Source of the DNA: Raillietiella orientalis
Taxonomy: Eukaryota
DNA: 64,000 nt
Reading direction: 5' to 3'
Assembly (NCBI GenBank): GCA_036172245.1
Contig: JAYWIR010000034.1
Location: 1,674,001-1,738,000 of the forward strand
Shown: in pieces, positions 1 through 12,316 of the stretch
Layout: each line of letters opens with the position of its first letter
Position numbering within the stretch: the stretch's first letter is position 1
Made by a program: the position numbers and the translations under genes
Notes under the pieces: generated by a model
The model's database searches: none
Seen by the model: the letters and a program-made list of their open reading frames with translations, nothing else
What the model was told of the DNA's origin: nothing

Positions 1-31
1 CTACATAGACATAATCATAGAATAGGCTTAC

Positions 32-3000
32 TTCTTTCTGTTTCTGTTTAAATTCTTTAGGGGTAGTATTCCTGGGAACAAACTGCAAATTGTTCTCAAT
101 CTTCACTGGTGTGCTGTGTGCAACAGAATCGGTCACCCACTGCAAGAAGCAATTAGTGATTGAGAATGATAAGTATAATGCTCATTTTTCAAACATGCAT
201 CCTCTTAAAGTAGACATGACACGCATAACTAAAAATCTTCGTATAATTCACATAGTAGTTATAATATCCTCAATTGAATGCTAGATAGTTCTTCAATATT
301 TTGATTGTTCAATGATAACAGCAATCCACGGTTTTCAAGATTTGAAGCATATATTTTCTCAGTTCAGAAGCTCCACAATCTGTCAGTAACAAGACAGTAG
401 AAATAAGGAGCTTATGCTGTCCAAAGTTAACTTTGAAAACTCAGCATTTCAGATGTGGTAATACTGGAACCAAAATATAAAGTAAAGTGAGTGCCATCAT
501 TTACATCATGTTCCATCCAAGAGATTGGTACTGTATGCTGAGTTACTGCTCAGCAGAGCAAATCATACATTTGTTGTCAATTTGTTTAAATAACTTGTCT
601 GTAGTACTTTCACATGCAGAGGAAAAATAACAATCTAATGAAGTACGAAAGAACACAGCTACAAAAGTTTCACGGCAATGCAATTTCTCAGAAATACTGA
701 TCATTGGAAAAAAAAAAAAATTGCCAAGACGATTTACAGGTAACAAAATCTTGAAAAAAGTTAACAGATGAATGAATTATTAATGAAACTCAATATGGAT
801 TACTGGATAAATTCTTTAACAAACAAGCACAAACTTTTTTTCACTGATGGCAGATATGCACAAAGCAAAGCTTCTGAAGGTGCAAAATGATTGCAAAACA
901 AATACATCAAGTCTCATATCTTGTACTCCCACAAATATTTGGGGTCTAACAAGATGTTGAAACTGCAAATCTAAATTTGGTTTCCATACACGTTTTCCAA
1001 CTTCAGCATTACATTCATTATGTTTCATCCTATGAAAATCTCATTTGCTGTGAAATTCTTTGTGTTGCATGGTTTAAATATTATAAACCCTACAGTGTTT
1101 ACAGTAATAATGCACATTTGAATTTTTAGGACGAAGAAAACGATTCTGATACCTAATAAACATAAGCAGCTATTACTTTAGCTGAAAACAATTACAACAC
1201 TTTTGAAATTATGACATATGCTATTATATCAGTTTCCATCTTTTTTAGCACTCAATAACTAAACCTTCTGGAAAGAATTCTAGTAATTCTAAAACTGAAG
1301 TAACTTCATAACATACTGAAACCCAGTTTTCCAGTACAGTAAATTTTCAACTGTTTGGTGATAAAAAATAGACACCTCAATACATGACTTGGATCTCTCA
1401 CATACTGTAAGCAATATACAAACCATACCTTGGTAATCTTCTTGGGATCATCAGTCCCAGTTTCTAATATTTCTATTTTTTGATACATGTTGGGTGAATT
1501 GAGCCATCTACTCTTTTCATGAGCTTTACGGCTTTCCAAAAGTCTATAATACAAAAAGCAGGAAAATTGGATGCTTAAATGAATCGATCTTACTGTTTCT
1601 GAAAATCTGTCTCATCTCGAGAAGTGTGAAAAGATGATGCAGCAGGTGGTACTTCAACATCTGATTTGAATCTCGGGCCGTCAGTTTTCAAGTATGGTTG
1701 TCTGTACATATATCCGGTACGAAAACCCTATGCATGCTTTTGTGAAAGATCTAACATGTAACAACTTACTGCATTGTCCAATAAGCGCATCAAAGCTTCA
1801 AATTCCAATTCACCAAATTTCCAGTTTCTAAAAGTGCTATCTTTCTTTTCTGCTTTTTCTCCTCCCTGGTTACTATTTACTCCTCCAGCCCCACTGCGAT
1901 GAGAAACCTCATAAGCTTGCTTCTGGGCTTGTTCTGAGATGAGGTGTACTTTTTCAATCCCCACAGGCATGAGTTTCAGCTGCACCTCACAGACATATAA
2001 TACAAGGTACGTAAGGAAAAAAGCTTCCTCAATAGTTTCACCACAGCAAGCACATCCATGATTTCTTAGCATCAAGATCTATTTAAAACATATATGTGAA
2101 AAAAGAATGCTTCAGAATTTTCATTATTTGTTACTTTATTAACAGGACCGAGATTACGAGCTAAATCTTCTCTTTCAGCCTCGTTAATGAAGATGCCTTG
2201 ATAATCATGGTAGCTAATACTTCCCAGAACAGCAGCTTCCTGACTTATAGGAAGAAGCCCACATTTTAAAGAGGCCACCTGCAAATGCATCAAAAACTGA
2301 AACTGAAACTGGAAAACAACAAGTATTCTTACAGCTATAACAGCAGGTGCATGCACATGAATAACACATCTAATATCAGGGCGAGCTGCATGGATAGCAG
2401 AGTGCAATGTGAAGCCAGCCAGGTTAATCCCAAAGTTAGTTGTTCCTGGATCGATAATATTCCCCTGCATATCTACTTTAACCAGGGATGAAGCAGTGAT
2501 TTCATAATACAGCATGCCAAAAGGATTGATAAGAAAATGCTCTTGATCTTGACTGATTCTAGCCTAATAAACAAATTGCAACATAGTGCAAATGGAAACA
2601 AACGTCCTCACAGAAATGTGATTGTAAATATTTTGCGACCAGCCAAAAAATTCTACTAATCTGTACGTAGCTGCCAGTTTACATCGCAGCAGACGCTCTC
2701 CTTTCGCATATGCTAGAGAATCAGTACCACGAATATCATTGATAGGAATGATGCTTCCAGAAGCTCCCTTCAACAAAGCACATGATGCCTTTGAAGGGAA
2801 TCCAGCAGATTCACATAGCTGTTGCAGTATCATCAGACTAGATGCTGCGCAACCATCTTTAATTTGACTCTCAACAATACGTTCCAATTCTTCTCGAAAT
2901 GAACGACTGTTCATCATCATTTCTACTCGCTTTCTGCGTTCCATTTCTCTCATATCCTTGTCAAAAATAATTTTCGATTAATTCATCTAGTAATAGACAG

Positions 3001-3116
3001 CATACAGCATCAATGTCTGCTGGTCTCATCCTCTGTTTCTGAACTTCAGGGTCATCCGGGTCAGGTAAACCGTCAGGTAAGTCAAAAATACCATTCTCAT
3101 TAACTTGAGAAGTCAT
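32..3116 (-). CDS. hts: Adducin / hu-li tai shao (class II aldolase/adducin head domain), 3'-partial, 499 codons in window
   Basis: Spliced by hand, all GT-AG and in phase: exons 3116-3006, 2956-2612, 2563-2333, 2278-2135, 2078-1770, 1727-1594, 1543-1429, 139-32. The protein has adducin motifs DPDDPE..RPADIDADMREMERRKRVE, EHFLINPFGMLYYEITASSLVKVD, GFTLHSAIHAARPDIRCVIHVH, LRNHG, ELEFEALMRLLDNAGFRTGY, RWLNSPN and KKITK-WV..HSTPVKIENNLQFVP. A donor (gtaagc) at 31 shows the gene continues past the window start. Confidence 0.96.
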
Positions 3117-6100
3117 GGTTATATAGATTCCTGATTATTCCAATCTGTGGAGCAAATGTGCACATATTTGTTATTTGTTACAGGTAATATCAAATTAATT
3201 TTAACGTTTTTTTTTTTCCATCAACAACTTTAAGTCTTAGGACAAAATTACGACAAACAATTATCTACCAAAAACAAATTAATCTTCGAATGTTTGATTA
3301 CTGCTAATAAATAAAGCAGCATGCCCATTTGACATGATTTAATCACGATCCTATATTCAGTTTTATAATTTACTCAAAATGGTAATTTGCAACAAAATTA
3401 ATGTAGAAACAGAAGTGAATAATAATTTTACGACTCGAGCACATAGATTACCGTATTGGATTCTTGCCTTGCATTATTTGGTTTGGGAAATAAGATCACA
3501 GTTACTATGACAAAAAAATACTACTCAAGTGAAGAAGTGAAAATACAAAAACCACATATCAAGGTAAATTATTACTTATTACTTATGAGATTTCCATAAG
3601 GGTTATCAGTTTTATGTAAGGGGAAGTAAATTGGAATGAAGGTGCTAAACTACATGTACATTGTACACTACTTAAAAACGCATCCACTGATGCTTTTATG
3701 AAACTACTTAAACTTTTATTAACTTCATGTGTAAATTAAAAAGTGTGCCTCCAGTACAAAAAACAAACTTGTTCAACTGGATATCTACTGGGACAAAGAA
3801 TTTTTTCATAACAAAAATGATGCTGGATCAGAGTGGAATATCTACCATAGAAAATCGTATTTCAGTCTTAGTTCCCAAAAGAACATGCACACCAATACCA
3901 CATATCATGAAAAACCAATAAAACTAGTAAAGACACACACACACCTAAATAAAGCACGAGGCTGATATTCTAAAATTGCAGAAGAAAGTTAAGTTACACA
4001 TGTCCATTGCATTTGAGTACTGTTTACTGCACTAAACGGTGAGAAAAAAAAAACAAAAACAAAGTCTTCATTCACTTTCATTTATCTCTAGAGGATATTG
4101 CACATGATGATGGAATACTTTTCTGTATTATAGGTCATAAGGCGGTGAGCAAAGAAAACTAGGACTTTTGTAAAGGCATTAAATACCTTTCGAGTTACTA
4201 AACAAAAACAGATTTTTCATGGTTTCAAAATTTCACGAGCGAGCTTTTCCATTGAAATCTGTTTTTACTCTCCTGGAAATGATTTGTTTTATCAAAACTG
4301 TTTCGGAACCGTTTGTTTGTTTTTTCTAAACTCAAACTGGTACAGACAAAAAACTTTCAGTCAGTATTGGTCATTGGTCATCAGTTGATGACCAATAGCA
4401 ACTGAAACTGCTTCTTCTACTGATCAACTGATTCTTCTATTTGAATGCTAATAAGCCATTTATCATCCTGAATTACGATGTGTCTGAATTCCTGCATAAA
4501 ATACAAGTTTCTAAAAGACAGATAGTTTTGAATACTATTTAGCAGATGTGCTGATCATACCCATCCATGCTTCTTGAAGGAAAACTCAAGATATGGTGCA
4601 TACACATACAGATTATCAAGGTTTCAAGCAAACTTCTTTTGAACTGTTGTTCCAATTCAACTGTATACTACCTTGGGAAGTGCTTTAGCTTTCTCACAAT
4701 AAAAGCAAATGTTCACATAACAATGCTTTAAATTAGACTGATATTTCAATAAACATGTAAAACATATTAACTATCATGATAAATTATACGGTATTTTATT
4801 GATATGCCTAAGTTGTTCAACTGACTTTCTTACTAAAAATTATAATCTTTTCTCAAATGCTCTGATTCATTTTGTAAGTCCTCTTTCAATATTTATACAT
4901 CATGCTGATGTTAATATCCTATTATGCGGTGATGAACATCCATTTCTGTCCATTCATCCGAATTCTATTTGTAGAATCTGAATTTATTTACATAGACAAT
5001 ACTGTGTTCCTCTCAAGAAATATTTTCAATAGCTTAACTCACTGTATTTTTCATATCTCAAGTATACCGATATCGAATTAGCATTTCATGGAATTATAAG
5101 GCATCACTGGAATTGATTAGTCTTTTCATCACATTATTGATGTTAAAGTTTTTGATCTCATACTAATATAGTTCTTGAGTACATAATATTTCTCAGTTGT
5201 AGGGTTTTTGCAAGATCATTCAATATTTTGCACCTTTATTTCAATAAACGCAAACATACAACTGCATTTTAAAGTGATGAAGAATATCGCACAGGTATCA
5301 CTCTTGCTGTTTTGGTAGATAAAATGACCACCATATTGTATACAGCTGAAATGCTTACAAAGAACTTCATGGTTTCTTTGAGTAGTCATTATAAAATATT
5401 AGCATTTCAACATCCAACACAGAAAACACTTCTAGCTTGGGATAATACTTTAGCAAGTAGTACTTTCACTGTTGTGGAAACAACAATAATGCAAATAATC
5501 GGTTGGCTACCTTGAAATACATAGACTTTTTGGATTAATTCACGTTTGCATGTCAACTACTAATAGTTACTTTACGTAGTTTGTCTACACATGTTCACGA
5601 CTATCTTCAACACTGCCATCATTCTATCAATGTATCATAATCCAGAGAAATTCATTATTATATGCCAATATGTATAACTAATAAGCATACCTCCAGCATA
5701 CATAAATTTTATCTAACAATATTTTCGGTTAAGAGCTCTAATAACTCTAGTGCTTGCTTCCCTAAAAACAGTAAGGAAGAATTAGTTCATGAGAGTTCCA
5801 AAAGCAGAAGCATGAATTTTATCTTAAAAGTGCATTACATCTAAATCAAACATACATTTCTTTGGAAACTATTCTAATACACTGAGCTTACTGAATAAGA
5901 CTCGAAGTATACCATGAGCATTATGCCATCCTAACAACTACTACCTCTTTCTTCCTGAAGATATACCATTTTTCCTCAATTTCATTTCTGTAGAAATTTT
6001 GTGAGGAAAATATCCATCGATCTTTGAGACAACTCAGCAATAAAACCTCTGTCATTTAACAACAATGCTTCTTGAATTACATTTCTATGAACAGTTAATT

Positions 6101-9100
6101 CCTATTTTCACAACATAATATTTTGAAAGGATGGAAAATTTTAGATCCTGATCTTGAGTTATCCATATGGAACCTGCATCCCAGATTATTAGCATTATCT
6201 GAACATTCTTACTGTATTCAGCTCAAAATCTTGGAAATGATGTTTACCATCAATCTTTTATACCATTAAGGAAGCAGACGCATTTTCATAGTTTGAGGTT
6301 TTCTCAATTATAAACACAAGAACTCCTTTTTGCGAAGTCACATAGTTTTCAATCGGATGTCTCTATGACTCTGCATTTGCTGGGTTACATAACATTTGAG
6401 GTGAATTCGAAAGATAAACTCAAATCATATTCTTTTTGATCTTGGATATGAACCTTCCCAAGAGAAGTGCTATTTAAACAAAACTTTCTGTTGCAACACA
6501 AATAATTTATATGCAAACTACTTTGAAAATGCATGACTTCAGTGAGTCCATTATTGTCAGACTGCATTCTTTATAAGTAATCTAGATTTTTCTTATAAAA
6601 TAAGCAACGCATCTATTTTTGCACATTACTGTGTATGCCATATAGTAACAACCTTGACTGCAATACATGAAAGCATTAATGCAGTAATCACCAACAATGT
6701 AATAATCACCAACTGTGAAATCACCAATAGCGTGCCAACTAGCAGGACTGTTGCACTGACAACATCAAAAACAAAACTTATAATGCTCCAAATACATTAA
6801 AAAGAAAAACAAAAAAAAATTCAATGTGCCTGAAACAACTCTGCTGAATGAAAAGTTCTAGATATCCTCTGTATATACTACAATGTGGTAAATCAAAATA
6901 TGTGCCAACCACTCTACTTTAAATCAATTTATTGATTGATCACTATAGAATTTTTAAAAACAAGCACTATGTGACAACAGAATTCCTTTATACTCTAGTA
7001 TAACAATTAATACAAATACTTTCATACTCTAATTGTGTATGTACCACTTGAAGAATCTGTAAACTCAATACACATTAAATCAAACACTCCATTAGGGACC
7101 TTCCTCTCAGCAATTCATGGTTTCTTCCATTTGTGAAAGCCATACTATATAGATTTTGATGGAAATTTACATTCAGAAATTTGATGTGGAACATTAGAAC
7201 AGCTTATGCTATCATAAAAAGTTTTAGAATCACAATCTGTTGACTTGACTTTTATTTGTTATATACTCTAGAAGCTTCTAATTGCTATAGCTTTCTTGAT
7301 ATTTATAAAACAGAGAATGCAAATGCTTCGCAATTCTGAACATATAGTAGTTTCAGGATGGATCTAACCAAATAAAGAGATACAAGCACCCTCCTTTATA
7401 CCCATATATGAAATACTGTTCAAAATTTCCTAAAATTTGGTGTTAAAAAAATGCTAGTTTCAAAAACGACAAATGCCTGAAAAACTTATATATGCAACAG
7501 ACAATCCTGAGAGTGGATTATTATTTGCGAGTCTCAATCACAGATATGGCAAAGAATGGTGATCACAAGAACAAGGCAAAAAAATTACAAGCATTCATCT
7601 AAACAAATATTTTTTAAACTTCCATAAACTGAAAAAATCTTTAAAATAATATTACATATTAAGTATTCTCTAATAGTTATTAAAGAATTTTCTAAACAAA
7701 ATTTTAAAACACGTGCAACTTCATAGAGATGGCCTTGTTATAAATGTTGTATTATCAAAAAAAGGAATCTAAGAATAAGCATTCCCAATAGTAGATTCAC
7801 ATGTGAGTAATCTAACCTTATCAAAAAGGTATGCACATCTGTTAATTAAACTGGGTCACAATAATCATGTAATACATCTGATTTTATGATTTTTTATGGA
7901 TTTAGCAAAGGTTCTTAAGATGGACCAACATTGTTGACATTTAGCACACTAAAGCTTAAAGACAGTGATCAAAATAATCTGATTAATGATGAGATTTTAG
8001 TAAAAGTTATCAATGTCTATCTCTAGATTATCATTTTGTCCTTTACCATTGCATGAGAACACCTCTTCATGCTGCAAATTATGCATACCCACTATACATC
8101 TGTGAACACAAATTCTAAAAACATGTATTAAGATAAACATTTGCAAATGTGTGAAGTAAACTTATTATATGAAAAGTAAAATGTTTAGCATTAAAACTTA
8201 AAAACAAAAATTCCATACTTCCAAGCAGTAACAATTTTTAAAAAATATGCCAATGTACGTTAGAAATAATACTCCAAATATGAAAGTAAATAAGTAATTC
8301 TCTGACATCATTCACAAAAACCTTGAATACTCGCAAGGTGTTAACTACAGTATGGACCAGATTCATAAAACTTACAATCAATGGAGTTTAAACATAGGAA
8401 GTGCCGACTGCAACAGGCAGGGGATACTATTCAAAACAGAAACAAAAATGAAGGCAACCCCCAACACAACGCGAATGCATTTTCGGGGAATGAGGTGCTA
8501 AGAGGCTTACAAAGCATACGAAAAATGAACTGGAATACATTTAGAATAGTTCACTTTCAAAAAGTTCCAAGACACTGATGGACCTGTTTTCATTGCACAT
8601 ATGCAATAATTTCACTTTTACATCCATCATGGGCGTTCTGCCCACCGCACTCTGAAAAGTGAAATATTCGACATTCCAGTTTGCATCGATTTGGTGTATA
8701 TTACGGCATGTTCACAGCAACCACACTGTTTACGCGGAGAATCTTTATTAAATGACAACGAAATGAACATCTTGTTAAGATCGTTTAAGTGAACTGCACG
8801 AACGAACCAACCACATTCTCATGATTCTTATAATACATCTGTCCTGCTGGTGGTAAGCAAAGGAGAATCATATTTGCTACTATCGTATTTCATTGACGTC
8901 AAAAAAAACATTTATCAATTTAATCATACTTATTTGAGAGGCGGCTTAACAAAAGTAGGAAAATCCGTTACGAACCACGAGATCAATAACAGAAAACGTT
9001 TACGAAAAGTTTCTCATTGGACGTAGTGCACGTTGCTCACACAATCGTAAAAAGTTACGTAACATTTTAATAAGAAAGTCGAACAACTCTACTGTTTCAA

Positions 9101-12100
9101 CTATGGACAATTGCTAATTAATGACACTGTGGGCAGAAGGCAAATTCTTCGACAACCTGCAAATGGCTGCCTCTCCAATGAAAACACAACTCAAAACAAA
9201 ACGAAACGAAAAAAAAAAAAAAAAAAGAACATTTTCTCGGAAATTTATTTGCAAAACGCAAGTGCCAATTCAAGGGAATTCCCTTCGCATACAAAACCAC
9301 ACTTGAATTCATCTCTTTACCGATTTTCGAACGGACTGCCAGAGAGCAGTAAGAGCTACTCAACTGTCCCCACCCTTCTGCTCTGCAATGGCGTAATAGC
9401 AAATTTCACATTTTTTTCACACTTCCAAGTACCTAATATTCAAATGCTGCGTTCCATCTGGCATATTCTAATCCAAGGTATTCTAGTCTATGTCCCAACT
9501 GCTAACTGAAATGCACAAATTTAACTTAGAAAGCAGACAGCAAAATCAATTCACTCGCACAAGCCAGCATATCGTTCCAGCCCAAGAAGATGCAAGCTTA
9601 AATTCTTATTAAGCTAAGAACTTAGGGTTGCCATGAGAGCATTACGGGTGAAATGGATCCTGCACGATAAAAACTTTCCTGATAAAAACTTCCAATAAGG
9701 AGGATACGCTGAAAATCAACATTTAATTTGACATGGAAATTCGCTTACACGAATCGATTTTGAAAAATGAAATTCAGATTCGTATTCAGATTCAGTTTTT
9801 TTTTTTTTCCTTCTTTTTTTCCAGGAAGGAGGATATTATTCGTCTCCTTGGCAAGGCTGAGCAAGCTACTTACAGCAATGTGCAATAAGGAGTCTGTGAA
9901 CAGATATTCATCGGAACCACAATTCCATTGGAAAACATTCCATTTTTCTTCAATTCTACTTACAGATGCATGGTCTCTCGCGCAAGTTTCAAAAGCTAAA
10001 ATTCCGAGAAATTGCCCAAGTTACTTAATATAGGTCGATATTGACGGAAAGCTATCTAAAATTCAACTTTTCTCATAAGACAATGTCAATTGGACTTCAC
10101 ATCGAGATAGCTGAATTCAGGGCCACGTGAAAAGTGTCAATAAACTGCCTAAAACCACTGAATGAAATATTTGAGGATTGTGATGTTCTAATGAAAGAGA
10201 GATTGTCTTTAGGATAGATATTTATCACATCTATGACAGAAAAGACATTCAGGGGAAGAATAAAAAACTGAAAACAAACAAATAAATGAAACTGTCACAG
10301 GGATTCGGGAAAGAAGTTTCAATCACTTTAATAAGAAAAATGACTTGATTAATACAAATTTCTTTAGGAGAAATGACATGAATGACGATGTTTTCTGTGA
10401 TCTGTACGATTGTCATTTCTGGGGTTGAGAGATTGCTCTAACTAGGTAATTAGGAATTTTACTCAAAGAAACAACGGTTCAATCGATGATGCCCAATATC
10501 TCTTGCACTTTTCTATTTTAAACCACTATTCCATCTCCTCAGTGGTGCTCCCTCTTTCTTCAAATTACGAACTTCAGTCCTACTTTAAATAAAGCTAACC
10601 AATTAAGAAATCTCCAAAATCAAAGCTTTGGAAACAGGTTTCGCGCTTACTTGAGCTTCTACAATTTACTTCTATAATGTACTCTTTCTTCTTTCAAAAT
10701 GTTCGGAATTCTTCCTTCAAATTGACATTCGAAATTTGATTCACTGCATAGTTTTCAGGGAATATAAGCATCCCTGAAGAATTTCCGGTGAAGTGATGCT
10801 GAAAAAAGTTTCGGTAAATTTACCGATTTCGTCAGGTCCTCTAATTCAGTGCTCTTCAGATGTTTGAAGATCTAGGAATGCAAAAAGTACAGAAAAAACT
10901 GTGATCGAAATGCCATTTATGTGCCAACATTCACATGATTTTGTGAATATCGGAAAACAGAGGTGGACTTTTATTTTCATATTTTGAAATTAAAATGCAT
11001 GGAACTATGGATCCAGAAACATGGGAGAACATGATCTCATGCGATCTTGGTGTTTGCATTTGCTGCGGAAAGGACTTGAATTTAGGAGCTCCATATTCGT
11101 CCGTTATTCTTACTTAATCCAGCATCATCGTCAGCCATCATTAAATTTTGTTTCTTTGTAGTTTTTTTATCTGAACAAAGGGAAACGCCTTGCTCACGCT
11201 GAAACTATTCCGCAATCGCACGATCGAGGCATCTTTCAGATCACGGCCAGTTTTTAAATATACTGTGACGTGGTCCCGTTGCCGAACCATGCCTCAATTT
11301 TCAAAGGGAATCGGTTTTAGCCGAGCAACCAGTTTGTCGATTAACTCTCCAAAATCGGAACTATTTGTTCGGAGTTGTTCTCCGAACACAATTGCACGTG
11401 TCATCGGGGAGCACACGACTTGATCCTGGTAGGCTTCTGATTTACATCCTGACCATTCCAGCTAAGGACGTGTGCACACAGAGTCTGTTTCGGAACCTGT
11501 TGGTGGAGACTTCTCCTGAGGCAGCTTCCCCCTCTCCAGCTCTGACTCCTTTTTCGATTCCCGTTTTGAATTGTTGTAGTATCATCGCGAACTGACACCT
11601 TTTCGGTCCTTGACGGTCCAGGTGCTCTTCCTCTTTTTAGCATCCCTTTTCTTGACAGAGGAATCCTTTAGGGGGATATTGGTTCACATGGAATTCGCTT
11701 TGATTCGTTACGCCGATCGGATACGAATCTTAACCCTTGCCATGGATCACGCCGTCCACCTACGTGTGGGAGGACATCGTCCGCCGTTGGTACGGTTATC
11801 TTGAAGCATGGGGCTCTGAAGCTCCTCAAACAGGTTCCCAAGTAATCGAAGAAAATCTTCGCGGCCTAATTATCTGAGCAATCGGTTCTTTAAACGATCA
11901 CATTTTCAGGAACAGCGATGACGGAGAATTTTCTGTGTGAGTGTTATCGGTAAAGTATCGAAACGCTGGTGCTCCATCTTGGATACGCAATTCGGTCTTA
12001 AAATTCCTCGCGGTTTGCAGCCGTTTCTTGCACCGATCTCGGAGCGCTTCGCCGAATCGTGCACGAGCAAGCATGGAAACTTCAAGTGTTATCAGAGATA

Positions 12101-12287
12101 AAGAAGCAAGATTCCGTGATCACTACCCTAAAGATAACTGCCTCCTCGATTGTCCATCGGATAAAAAAAGACTGGAAGCTTCCTATCCGTCGTTCTGAAT
12201 GCGCAGAGGCAGGGAGATTGAAGATCTGGTTGATCCCCACGTGGTTGCACACGTCCTTGCGGACAAACAGAGCCGACTACACACAGT

Positions 12288-12316
12288 GGGAGGGAGGGAG
12301 GGAGGGAGGGGGGGGG
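12288..12316 (+). repeat. (GGGA)5 plus G-run, G-quadruplex-forming motif
   Basis: gggagggagggagggagggaggggggggg. Confidence 0.8.

Noticed and set aside
1..31. Apparent 31 nt GT-AG intron ending exactly at the window start
   Set aside because: Shorter than any supported intron, and the downstream exon is not visible.
1384..1404. Possible 21 nt adducin microexon (YVRDPSH)
   Set aside because: Its acceptor is only 24 nt from the upstream donor, well below the 41 nt minimum seen here.
4200..7400. Possible decayed coding sequence upstream of adducin
   Set aside because: Only short frames with frequent stops; indistinguishable from intron by eye.
10460..10871. Minus-strand frame after a good acceptor that reads protein-like through 7 stops
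   Set aside because: Stop density is close to chance for AT-rich DNA, so it is not evidence of coding or an altered genetic code. The three conserved genes use the standard code.
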